Assembly: GCA_044225365.1 (NCBI GenBank)
Contig: JBGAIQ010000063.1
Span: 1 to 29,333 of the forward strand
DNA: 29,333 nt
Reading direction: 5' to 3'
DNA from: Planctomycetota bacterium
GTDB taxonomy: Bacteria; Planctomycetota; B15-G4; JADJEK01
The position numbers and the translations under genes are program-made. Positions 19,575 through 27,350 of the stretch are shown piece after piece. The notes below the pieces were generated by a model. The model was not told the origin of the DNA and ran no database searches. It saw only the letters and a program-made list of their open reading frames with translations. How positions within the stretch are numbered: the first letter of the stretch is position 1; each line of letters opens with the position of its first letter.

Positions 19575-19886
19575 AGCACACTCCGGACCTCCGCTGCCAC
19601 TCGATTCGAAGGCGACTTGCTCCGAACGAGTGATGCGGACCGCAAACGAAAGGCCACCAAGACGAGGTCGTGCGGAACGCAACCTCCAAGGCGCGCGGCC
19701 AAGGATCTCCGCCGGATCGACGACGGAGTAGGGCGGATCTCGCCCACCTTGCGCACATCGTGGGAAGGGTAACGACGGTCGCGCAGTGCGCAACCGCTCG
19801 TTGCGTGCGCGTTCGATCGTTGATCGAAGGCTCGGACCGGGGCGCCACCGGAACGCCTCCCCCGCGCGAGCGAACCGAATGCTCGA

Positions 19887-21791
19887 TCAGTGAGGGCGAC
19901 GCTTCGGGATCAGCGCGTTCCGCGGGCCGACCGGGTCGTCGGCGCCATCCTGGGAATACGCTCGGCGGATCGAGTTGACGAGGAGTTCGAACTGGACAGC
20001 CTGCGCCGAATGCGGCTGATCGAGGTCGACGGTCCCGCGGTAGTCCGTCGTACGGCGAAGGATGTAGAGCGCTGCTTCGCGCTGCGGCCGCGGCGCATCG
20101 TCCGCGCGCACCAGGGACAGACAACGCATCGCCACCGTGTTCGAACGAATGCGGATGAGTGCGTCGATGACGAGGGGGTCGAGCCGGCCGGTATCGAATC
20201 GCTCGATCAACCACGGCAGGTCGCGATCGCGCACCTTGGCCTCGACGATCGAGTCCCGGACGTCGTGATGCGAGTTCTTGAGCGCCGCCGCGATCGCGGC
20301 CTTGTGCTTGTTCCCCACGACGCTCGCGATCAGCTCGTCGCCGACACCGGTCACGTCGGTCAGATGCGTGAACTCACCTTGCCCGACGCGCGCGATCTCT
20401 TGGAACGCCTTCACGGCCTTGTCGACCTCGTCCTGCTGATAGCCGCCGCCGCTCTTGGCCACGCAGATCGTCGACACGAACGTGCGCCCCTTGCCCTTCT
20501 CGATCTGATTGCGCAACTCGACGTAGAGGCGCGACAGATCCTCCTTGTGAGGCGGAGCATCGCCGACGAGGAGCAACGCGTGATACGCGCTTTGTCGCCA
20601 GCCGAGTTCCTTGAACGCGACGTGGATCGCGTCATAGATCGCCTCGGGCGTGTCACCGCCGCCTCCGGCATCGAGCGACTCCAGGAAGTTCAGGATCTTG
20701 TATCGATCGTCCGAGAGCGGCGAGATCTTCGTGAGGTAGGCCTCACCCTGCTCGCGATCGCGATACGCGACCATGCCGATTCGCAGGTCGGGCACGAGCG
20801 CCGCCATGTTCGTGATGATCTCGTCGATCGTGTGCTTCGCGGACTCGATCAGCGAATCCATGCTCGACGTCGTGTCGATGAGGACGACGAGATCGAGGCC
20901 GCCGTCGCGGAACCCGGCGACCTTGCTCGCGAGTCCGCGATCCATCTGATCGAGGCCGATTCCGCGGCCTCGGCTCAGCCCTCCGCCGTGGCGGACGCGT
21001 GGGGATCCCATCCCGACGCCGCGACCCGCACCTGCGCCGAGGCCGATCGTCGGCAATGCGTTCTCGATTCCGGGAGGCGTCGAGGAGATCTCGGTGGTCG
21101 GCGTGGTCGGGAGAGCCGGGATCTCGGTCGAGTCCACTTCAGGTGCGACCACTTCGGCGGGCACCGAATCGACTCGCATGTCGGATGCGGCGGACGACGA
21201 GTCCCCTCGTTCTTCCACGCTCGACCCGCGCTCCGGCCGGACCGCGATGAGCGCTTCCGAGTCGTCCTGGACGAATTCGAGGCGCGGCTCGTAGAGGACG
21301 TAGAAGAGGATCGCGTGGAATGCGATCGAGATGAGCAGCCACGGAGCGTGATCGAGTTCCCGCTTCACGCGTCGCCAGAGACCGAGTTCACCGTAGAACG
21401 ACAGCTCGCGATGGAGGACTGCCGACTCGACTTCGCGGCGCTCGAGGCGCAACTCGATGTCGCCGATCCGAATCCGCTCGCCGCCGGAGAGCAGCGCGTT
21501 CTGGATCAGGCGATCGTTCACACGGACGGCAGCGCCGGGCATCGCCTTCAGGACGTAGCGGTCGCCGAGCTTCTCGAGCACGGCGTGACTCGGGCGCACC
21601 GAGTGATGCTGGATCTGGAGCACTGCCGTTGGATCGGAACCGATCGAGAGCATCTCGCGCGACAGCGGCAGCTCTCGCTGCTTCAACATCAACCGCCAGG
21701 CGATCGAATTGCCATCGCGCGCCGCGAGCGCGGCACGAATGCCACTGTCGCTGAACTCGGGACGAAGCGGTTGCGGGTTCACCTCAGCCAT
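19887..21791 (-). CDS. FHA-like domain - TM - vWA domain protein
   Basis: N-terminal FHA-like fold (LSIGSD...SVRPSHAVL...VRVND...LLSGGERIRIG), TM WLLISIAFHAILFYVLY, Gly-rich linker, and vWA with MIDAS LIDTTSSM, GGGDTPE, LVGDAPPH. Confidence 0.82.
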   Translation of the reverse strand: MAEVNPQPLRPEFSDSGIRAALAARDGNSIAWRLMLKQRELPLSREMLSIGSDPTAVLQIQHHSVRPSHAVLEKLGDRYVLKAMPGAAVRVNDRLIQNALLSGGERIRIGDIELRLERREVESAVLHRELSFYGELGLWRRVKRELDHAPWLLISIAFHAILFYVLYEPRLEFVQDDSEALIAVRPERGSSVEERGDSSSAASDMRVDSVPAEVVAPEVDSTEIPALPTTPTTEISSTPPGIENALPTIGLGAGAGRGVGMGSPRVRHGGGLSRGRGIGLDQMDRGLASKVAGFRDGGLDLVVLIDTTSSMDSLIESAKHTIDEIITNMAALVPDLRIGMVAYRDREQGEAYLTKISPLSDDRYKILNFLESLDAGGGGDTPEAIYDAIHVAFKELGWRQSAYHALLLVGDAPPHKEDLSRLYVELRNQIEKGKGRTFVSTICVAKSGGGYQQDEVDKAVKAFQEIARVGQGEFTHLTDVTGVGDELIASVVGNKHKAAIAAALKNSHHDVRDSIVEAKVRDRDLPWLIERFDTGRLDPLVIDALIRIRSNTVAMRCLSLVRADDAPRPQREAALYILRRTTDYRGTVDLDQPHSAQAVQFELLVNSIRRAYSQDGADDPVGPRNALIPKRRPH

Positions 21792-21951
21792 CCGATCAAC
21801 CCATCGAAATAATCGCGGCCGGACTCAAGGATTTGCGGCTCCAGAACGGGAAGGAATCCCGCGAGGGGCCACGCGACGGAGCGCACCGACGGCAATAGGT
21901 GCGACTCCAAGTCCATGATCCGACGAGTTGTATACGGATGGAAACGCATGG

Positions 21952-22722
21952 TTACCGGCGCGGCCCCTGCGAACTCGTGGCGGAAGCGCCGGCACTCGCC
22001 GACCCCGCCCCATCGATCGCCGCAACCATCTCGCGGACCGCCCTTTCGAACCCGACGAGGACGGCACGCGCCACGATCGAGAAACCGATGTTCAGTTCGT
22101 CGATGCCCGGTATCGCCGCGATCGCCGTCACGTTCCGGTAATCGAGACCGTGTCCAGCATGAACGACGAGGCCTTTGTTGCGACCGTGCGACACCGCCTC
22201 TTCGATCTTCTTCAACTCCTCGGCGCGACGCGCGCCAGGGGGTGCGTCCGCGTAGGCGCCGGTATGGATCTCGATCGCGTGGGCGGAAAGCAATGCCGCC
22301 GCTTCGATCTGCTCGAGGTCCGGCGCGATGAACAGGGAGACTTCGACGTGCGCGGCGGCGAGTCGACGGACGAGGGGCTCGAGTCGCGATTTCATCGCGG
22401 CGGCATCGAGACCGCCTTCGGTCGTCAACTCCGCTCGCTTCTCGGGGACGAGCGTCACTTGTTCGGGCCGGTGCGCAAGAGCGAGAGCGACCATTTCCTC
22501 GGTCGCGGCCATCTCGAGGTTGAGTCGCGTCTTGATCGTTTGCCGCAGGACGATCAGATCGCGGTCCTGGATGTGTCGACGATCCTCGCGCAGGTGGATC
22601 GTGATCCCCGTCGCACCGGCGAGTTCTGCAAGGATCGCTGCTTGGACTGGATCGGGCTCTGCCGCTCTGCGCGCCTGTCGCACCGTGGCGACGTGATCGA
22701 CGTTGACGTGCAATCGCGGCAT
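21952..22722 (-). CDS. pdxJ: Pyridoxine 5'-phosphate synthase
   Basis: [58 protein letters not shown]; ATG 22722 after GGAG. Confidence 0.96.
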   Translation of the reverse strand: MPRLHVNVDHVATVRQARRAAEPDPVQAAILAELAGATGITIHLREDRRHIQDRDLIVLRQTIKTRLNLEMAATEEMVALALAHRPEQVTLVPEKRAELTTEGGLDAAAMKSRLEPLVRRLAAAHVEVSLFIAPDLEQIEAAALLSAHAIEIHTGAYADAPPGARRAEELKKIEEAVSHGRNKGLVVHAGHGLDYRNVTAIAAIPGIDELNIGFSIVARAVLVGFERAVREMVAAIDGAGSASAGASATSSQGPRR

Positions 22723-22844
22723 CGAGACTCCGGTGCGGGCGGCGAAGCCATGGCGGTCACGAGGCAGTATAGTGCCCCGCGGCCGTGCGACCAGTGCGGA
22801 GGAGAATCCTCCCTCCCGCACGATGAAGGATGAGGACCCCTCGC

Positions 22845-23402
22845 ATGGACGATCACGCGCCGCGCATCCTTGGCGGGGCTCTGAAGGGCCGGCGACTGCA
22901 CGTTGCGCGCGGCCGGACGACACGCCCACTCAAGGTCATGGCGCGACGGTCGCTGTTCGATTCGCTCCAGGCGCGGATCCCCGATTCCTCCGTCCTCGAC
23001 CTCTTCGCGGGCGCGGGAACGATTGGATTCGAGGCGGCGTCCCGCGGAGCGCGTCGCGTCGTCCTGGTCGAAGCGGCCCGGCCGGCGCTCGCAGCGCTCG
23101 CGGAATCGCAGCACGAATTCGCCCTCGAATCCGTCGTGACGATCGTCGCCGGGGACGCGATGCAGTTCGTCACGAATGCGAGCGAGCGGTTCGATTTCGT
23201 ATACGTCGGGCCCCCGTATCCACTCTTCCGCGGTGAATCCCGGCCCGATCTGCTCGCGATGCTGCGCCGACTTCCCGCGTTGCTCGCGGAATCCGGCCTG
23301 CTCGTCATCGAGACCCCCGCCGCCGAACGAGCACCCGAACTCGCGATTCCCCTCGCCCGCTCCCGCGAGTTCGGCGAGTCGACCCTCCACTTCTATTCCT
23401 GA
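22845..23402 (+). CDS. rsmD: RsmD-family methyltransferase (16S rRNA m2G966-like)
   Basis: [52 protein letters not shown]; ATG 22845 follows GAGGA (alternative start 22830). Confidence 0.85.
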   Translation: MDDHAPRILGGALKGRRLHVARGRTTRPLKVMARRSLFDSLQARIPDSSVLDLFAGAGTIGFEAASRGARRVVLVEAARPALAALAESQHEFALESVVTIVAGDAMQFVTNASERFDFVYVGPPYPLFRGESRPDLLAMLRRLPALLAESGLLVIETPAAERAPELAIPLARSREFGESTLHFYS

Positions 23403-23413
23403 ACTTCCCCCCG

Positions 23414-23574
23414 GGACCGCCGCGCTCCATTGCGGCTCCGTTTCTTATTCCGTTTCCTACTCCGGTTCCGGTTCCGGCGGACCGCCGCGCTCCATTGCGG
23501 CTCCGTTTCTAATTCCGTTTCCTACTCCGGTTCCGGTTCCGGTTCCGGCGGACCGCCGCGCTCCAGCGCGGCTC
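23414..23574 (+). repeat. Tandem array of REP-like hairpins separated by hexamer microsatellite
   Basis: GGACCGCCGCGCTCCA(TT/GC)GCGGCTC starts at 23414, 23479 and 23550 (periods 65 and 71 nt). The linkers are near-identical and differ mainly by one TTCCGG unit. Confidence 0.85.
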
Positions 23575-23647
23575 ATCTCCCAACGCCTCCTCCTCAAGTC
23601 TCACACCCCCTCCCCCGCCAAGACTCCCGTCCTGGAACCACCCCATC

Positions 23648-23675
23648 TCAAGTGGACTTCCAGGGTCGACGATAG
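23648..23675 (+). promoter_or_regulatory. Putative sigma28 (FliA/SigD/WhiG)-type promoter
   Basis: TCAA-N16-GACGATAG (TCAAG 23648-23652; GACGATAG 23668-23675) versus the consensus T(A/C)AA-N15/16-GCCGATAA; upstream of the FlgM-like ORF. Confidence 0.5.
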
Positions 23676-23867
23676 CGTCTTCGTCCCGCAGTCCGTCGAA
23701 TCAGGCGGTAACTCGACGCTCATCACCGGCGAAACGGTGAAACAGATTGCGATCCCTGGCCCCATCTTCTCGGGAGCTTCGATGCGAGCGCGCAGGCGCT
23801 TCGGCGGGGCGAACGGGCGGCGGGAGGGCCTGCCGAGCTTCGAACACACACCTTTGGAGTACACACC

Positions 23868-24038
23868 ATGAATGGCTCGCGCATTGGGGAATTCCTGTTT
23901 GGTTTTCCCGACCGGCCCCTCACCCGGGCCGAACGCATCGAAATCATCCGGCAGCGGATCAAAGACGAGAAATATCTGACTCAGGAGCGCCTGGACAAGG
24001 CTCTCGAGAAGATGCTCGACGAGATCCGCGATTCTTGA
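23868..24038 (+). CDS. 56-aa FlgM-like (anti-sigma28 C-terminal core) small protein
   Basis: Below the ORF-track cutoff. GGAG-N8-ATG; MNGSRIGEFLFGFPDRPLTRAERIEIIRQRIKDEKYLTQERLDKALEKMLDEIRDS. The pattern R-x-E-R-I-x-x-I-R-x-x-I-x-x-x-x-Y followed by an amphipathic helix matches the FlgM sigma-binding helices. Confidence 0.7.
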   Translation: MNGSRIGEFLFGFPDRPLTRAERIEIIRQRIKDEKYLTQERLDKALEKMLDEIRDS

Positions 24039-24086
24039 TCGAGGATCGAAACTTGGGTCGCGGGAAAGCGACCGAAAGAGGAAGTC

Positions 24087-24584
24087 ATGAAGAAACTGGC
24101 AATCGCTCTCGTGTTCGCCGGCCTCGCCGCCGGCAGTATCGGAATCCAGGCGGATGGCAGGCCTCGTCCGGCGACGCACACCTCGCTCCTCGCGGTGCGT
24201 GCGCAGCCCGACGCCTGGCTCAATACGCCGATCACCTTCGAAGCGCGGTTCCACCGCCTCGGAGAGGTCTATCAACCGTTCTTCACGCCGTTCGACAGCT
24301 TCTCGTTCGGGAACTTCGCGGCGTGGGACGTGTCGCAGGACCTCAACTCGAAGGAAGGGTTCCTCGACCACTGCGCGACGCTGTACGTCGATCGCGAGAT
24401 GAAGGCGAGGACGATGCAGGACGTCGCCGAGCTCGCGACCTACGAGCGCTTCGAGGCGACGGGCGTCGTGCGCGCCGTGTTCGCCGGAAAGCCGTTCATC
24501 GAGATCACCAAGATCGAGCCCTGCGAATGGTGGAAGTTCTGGCTGAAGGCCGACGACTTCCGCCGCGAGGCCCTCGGTCACTGA
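24087..24584 (+). CDS. Secreted hypothetical protein, possible OB-fold
   Basis: GAGGA SD; signal peptide MKKLAIALVFAGLAAGSIGIQA; QPDAWLNTPITFEARF ... FEATGVVR..GKPFIEITKI beta-strand pattern. Confidence 0.75.
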   Translation: MKKLAIALVFAGLAAGSIGIQADGRPRPATHTSLLAVRAQPDAWLNTPITFEARFHRLGEVYQPFFTPFDSFSFGNFAAWDVSQDLNSKEGFLDHCATLYVDREMKARTMQDVAELATYERFEATGVVRAVFAGKPFIEITKIEPCEWWKFWLKADDFRREALGH

Positions 24585-24698
24585 GCGATTCGTCGCTGCC
24601 GGGCGACTCGAGTCGGAGCCGTGCAGCCCGTTCTACAGCGGGTTGAATGGATCGTTTCGGTTCCGCTCGCGCGGGATCGAGAGGATTCTCGGTATCCT

Positions 24699-24740
24699 TG
24701 GGATCATGAGTGCGTCATGCATTCATGATCCCAGTTCTTT
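24699..24740 (+). terminator. 15-bp stem-loop followed by T-rich tract (intrinsic terminator/attenuator-like)
   Basis: TGGGATCATGAGTGC-GTCAT-GCATTCATGATCCCA (one G-U pair), then GTTCTTTT. Confidence 0.55.
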
Positions 24741-24753
24741 TCCGCCTTGAACC

Positions 24754-26442
24754 ATGTTGCTCGATCTCGAAGTCGAAAATCTCGGCGTCCTGAAGCAGGT
24801 TCGCGCCAGCTTCGTGGACGGATTCAATGCGATCACCGGAGAGACCGGCGCCGGCAAGTCTCTCGTCCTGAAGGCGCTCGCCCTCCTCGGAGGCGACCGC
24901 GCCGACAAAACCCAGGTCCGCGACGGCGCGAACGAGGCGCGCATCAGCGGCTTGTTCCGAATCGATGACAAGAAGCGCGAGGAGATCGCGGAGCTCATCG
25001 CCCCGATCGAGATCGAGGACGACGAGATCCTCCTCACTCGCACCTTCTCGGTCGACGGACGCGGCCGGGCCTTCGCGAATGGCCGCTTGATCACGCAGGG
25101 AGTCCTGAAGGCCGTCGGCTCTCGGCTCGTCGACATCCTGGGCCAGGGCGATGCGCGGCTCCTCATGGAATCCGATCATCGCGCCCGCCTGCTCGATGCC
25201 TACGGAACGCTCTACGAGGACCATGCCCTCTACCTCGCGGCTCGCGAGCGGGCGCTCTCCCGACGCGAGCGGAGGGATCGACTCGTCAACGAATCGATGC
25301 AGCGGCGCCAGCGCGTCGACTATCTGCGCTACGTCCTCGCCGAGATCGCCGCGGTCGAGCCCAAGCCGGGCGAAGCCGCGCAGCTCACCGCCGAGCTCGA
25401 AGTCCTCGAAGCGGGTGAGGACCTCAGCGCTCTCTGCTCCGAGGGCGTCTTCTCGCTCTACGAAGCCGACTCCGCGATGACGACCCAGATCGAGAAGCTG
25501 CTGCGGCGAGTCCACGGATTGAAGGACGGCGCGCAGCAACTCCTCGCTCCCGCCCGAGCGGCGCTCGAGCGCGCAGCGGTCGAGATCACCGAAGCGGCTC
25601 GCGAACTCCGCTCCGCACAGGATTCGATCGCGAGCGATCCGCAGCGGCTCGAAGTCGTCAACTCTCGCCTCGACGCTCTCCGCAAGTTGATCGACCGCTT
25701 CGGCCCGACCGAGGAGCGGCTCCTCATGACTCGCGACGAATCCGAGAGCGAGTTGCGTGCGCTCGAGGCCGACGACGAGGACCAGGCCGCCGCCGATCGG
25801 GCGCTCGAGGAAGCCGTCGCGGAACTCGATGCGGCGGCGACGCGCCTCGACAAGAAGCGCCTCGCAGCGGGCGCCAAGCTCGCTCGCGCCGTCGAGAAAG
25901 AACTGCATCGCCTCGGCATGCCCTACGCTCGTTTCATCGTCTCACTCACGAAGAACCCTGGCGACGCGGTCTCCCGCGCCCAACTCACGGGAGCGTCGAA
26001 GGTCGAATTCCTGCTGCAGGCGAACCCCGGCCTCAAGGAACGTCCGCTCGAGGAAGTTGCGAGCGGCGGCGAAGCCGCGCGCATCGCGCTCGCGCTGTCC
26101 GCGACGCTCTCCGATGTCCTCGACGTCCCCTGCCTCGTGTTCGACGAGATCGAGTCCGGCATCGGTCAGCGCCTCGGTGACATCGTCGCCGATTGCCTCG
26201 CGGACATTGCGAAGAAGCGCCAGGTGATCGTCGTGAGTCATCTGCCGGCGGTCGCCGCCAAAGCACAGCGCCATCTCAGGATCGTGAAGAAGACACAGGC
26301 GGGCGCGACCGCTTCGATGCTCGAGACGCTCGAGGGCAGGGCGCGAGAGCTCGAGATCGCCGCGATGCTCCGCGGGGAGAGTCACGCCGAGAAGGCGCGA
26401 GGCACCGCCCGCGACATGCTCGCGAAGGATCATCCGGCGTGA
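24754..26442 (+). CDS. recN: DNA repair protein RecN
   Basis: ITGETGAGKS, coiled coil, ANPG, VASGGE, LVFDEIESG, QVIVVSHLP; 562 aa. Confidence 0.95.
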   Translation: MLLDLEVENLGVLKQVRASFVDGFNAITGETGAGKSLVLKALALLGGDRADKTQVRDGANEARISGLFRIDDKKREEIAELIAPIEIEDDEILLTRTFSVDGRGRAFANGRLITQGVLKAVGSRLVDILGQGDARLLMESDHRARLLDAYGTLYEDHALYLAARERALSRRERRDRLVNESMQRRQRVDYLRYVLAEIAAVEPKPGEAAQLTAELEVLEAGEDLSALCSEGVFSLYEADSAMTTQIEKLLRRVHGLKDGAQQLLAPARAALERAAVEITEAARELRSAQDSIASDPQRLEVVNSRLDALRKLIDRFGPTEERLLMTRDESESELRALEADDEDQAAADRALEEAVAELDAAATRLDKKRLAAGAKLARAVEKELHRLGMPYARFIVSLTKNPGDAVSRAQLTGASKVEFLLQANPGLKERPLEEVASGGEAARIALALSATLSDVLDVPCLVFDEIESGIGQRLGDIVADCLADIAKKRQVIVVSHLPAVAAKAQRHLRIVKKTQAGATASMLETLEGRARELEIAAMLRGESHAEKARGTARDMLAKDHPA

Positions 26443-27350
26443 ATCCCCAGAATCCCCTGAATCCATCGACACACGAACTCCTCGAGCGACTCGTGCCCAC
26501 GGCCGTCGAGCGGCCATGGGGTGGACATGGCGTTCCGGCGCTCGGCTTGGCGAAACCTCAGGCGCTCGGTGATCGCCCGGTCGGTGAGTACTGGCTGCCG
26601 ACCACCGAGTTCCCCTTGCTCGTGAAGATCATCGACGCGAAGGAACGCCTGTCGATCCAGGTCCATCCCGACGATGCGACGGCGAAGGCGATGGATCTCG
26701 GCAACGGCAAGACCGAAGCATGGTTCGTTCTCGACGTGAAGCCGGGTGGCGAACTCTGGCTCGGTCTCCGCGACGGCGTCGGGGTCGAAGCCTTCCTCGC
26801 GGCAGCGCAACGCGGCGAGGACGTATCGACGCTCCTCGTTCGCCACGAGCCCACGATCGGCGAGACCTACTTCGTGCCCGCCGGTGCGATCCATGCGGTC
26901 GGCGGCGGCCTCACGATCCTCGAGGTCCAGCAACCGTCCGACGTCACGTTTCGGCTCTATGACTGGGGCCGGCTCCCTGCTCGCCCCCTGCATCACGCCG
27001 AGGCGGCGCGGTCGGTCAAGGCGAAGGTGGAGACGCCGCGTACCCCGCCGGAGAAGGGCTCGCCGCAAGCGGAGCGAACCACCTTGGTGTCCTGCGATCA
27101 TTTCGAGGTCGAGGAGATCGCGCTCCACTCGCCCGCTCTCACGGTTCCGCATCACGGCGAGTGTGAATTGTGGTTTTGCCGCGCGGGAAGCGGTGCCTGC
27201 GCAGCGGGCCCCAGGGGCGAATCTCGCATCGATTTCGTACCCGGGACGTTTTTTCTGGCCCGACCGGGCTCCGGTTCGCTTCAAATAACAGCGGCCCATC
27301 CTCACGGAAACAGGCCGTTCGTCGATCTCATCCGGATACTGGCGCGGTGA
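26439..27350 (+). CDS. manA: Class I mannose-6-phosphate isomerase (cupin)
   Basis: GTG 26439 overlaps the recN TGA. Motifs PWGG, GEYW, FPLLVKIIDA, LSIQVHP, GKTEAW, VPAGAIHA, EVQQPSDVTFRLYDWGR. Confidence 0.88.
   Translation: MNPQNPLNPSTHELLERLVPTAVERPWGGHGVPALGLAKPQALGDRPVGEYWLPTTEFPLLVKIIDAKERLSIQVHPDDATAKAMDLGNGKTEAWFVLDVKPGGELWLGLRDGVGVEAFLAAAQRGEDVSTLLVRHEPTIGETYFVPAGAIHAVGGGLTILEVQQPSDVTFRLYDWGRLPARPLHHAEAARSVKAKVETPRTPPEKGSPQAERTTLVSCDHFEVEEIALHSPALTVPHHGECELWFCRAGSGACAAGPRGESRIDFVPGTFFLARPGSGSLQITAAHPHGNRPFVDLIRILAR

Noticed and set aside
19728-19745. GTAG-type REP (GTAGGGCGGATCTCGCCC)
   Set aside because: Single copy with only a 5-6 bp stem; not distinguishable from chance.
23414-23574. 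Possible mini CRISPR array (about 25-nt palindromic repeat, 65-71-nt period)
   Set aside because: The two 'spacers' are near-identical low-complexity hexamer runs, so this is a tandem duplication.
23176-23871. 231-aa and 81-aa ORFs through the repeat region (SGSGS/PVPVP peptides)
   Set aside because: Low-complexity read-through of the DNA repeats, partly overlapping rsmD, with no credible start signals.
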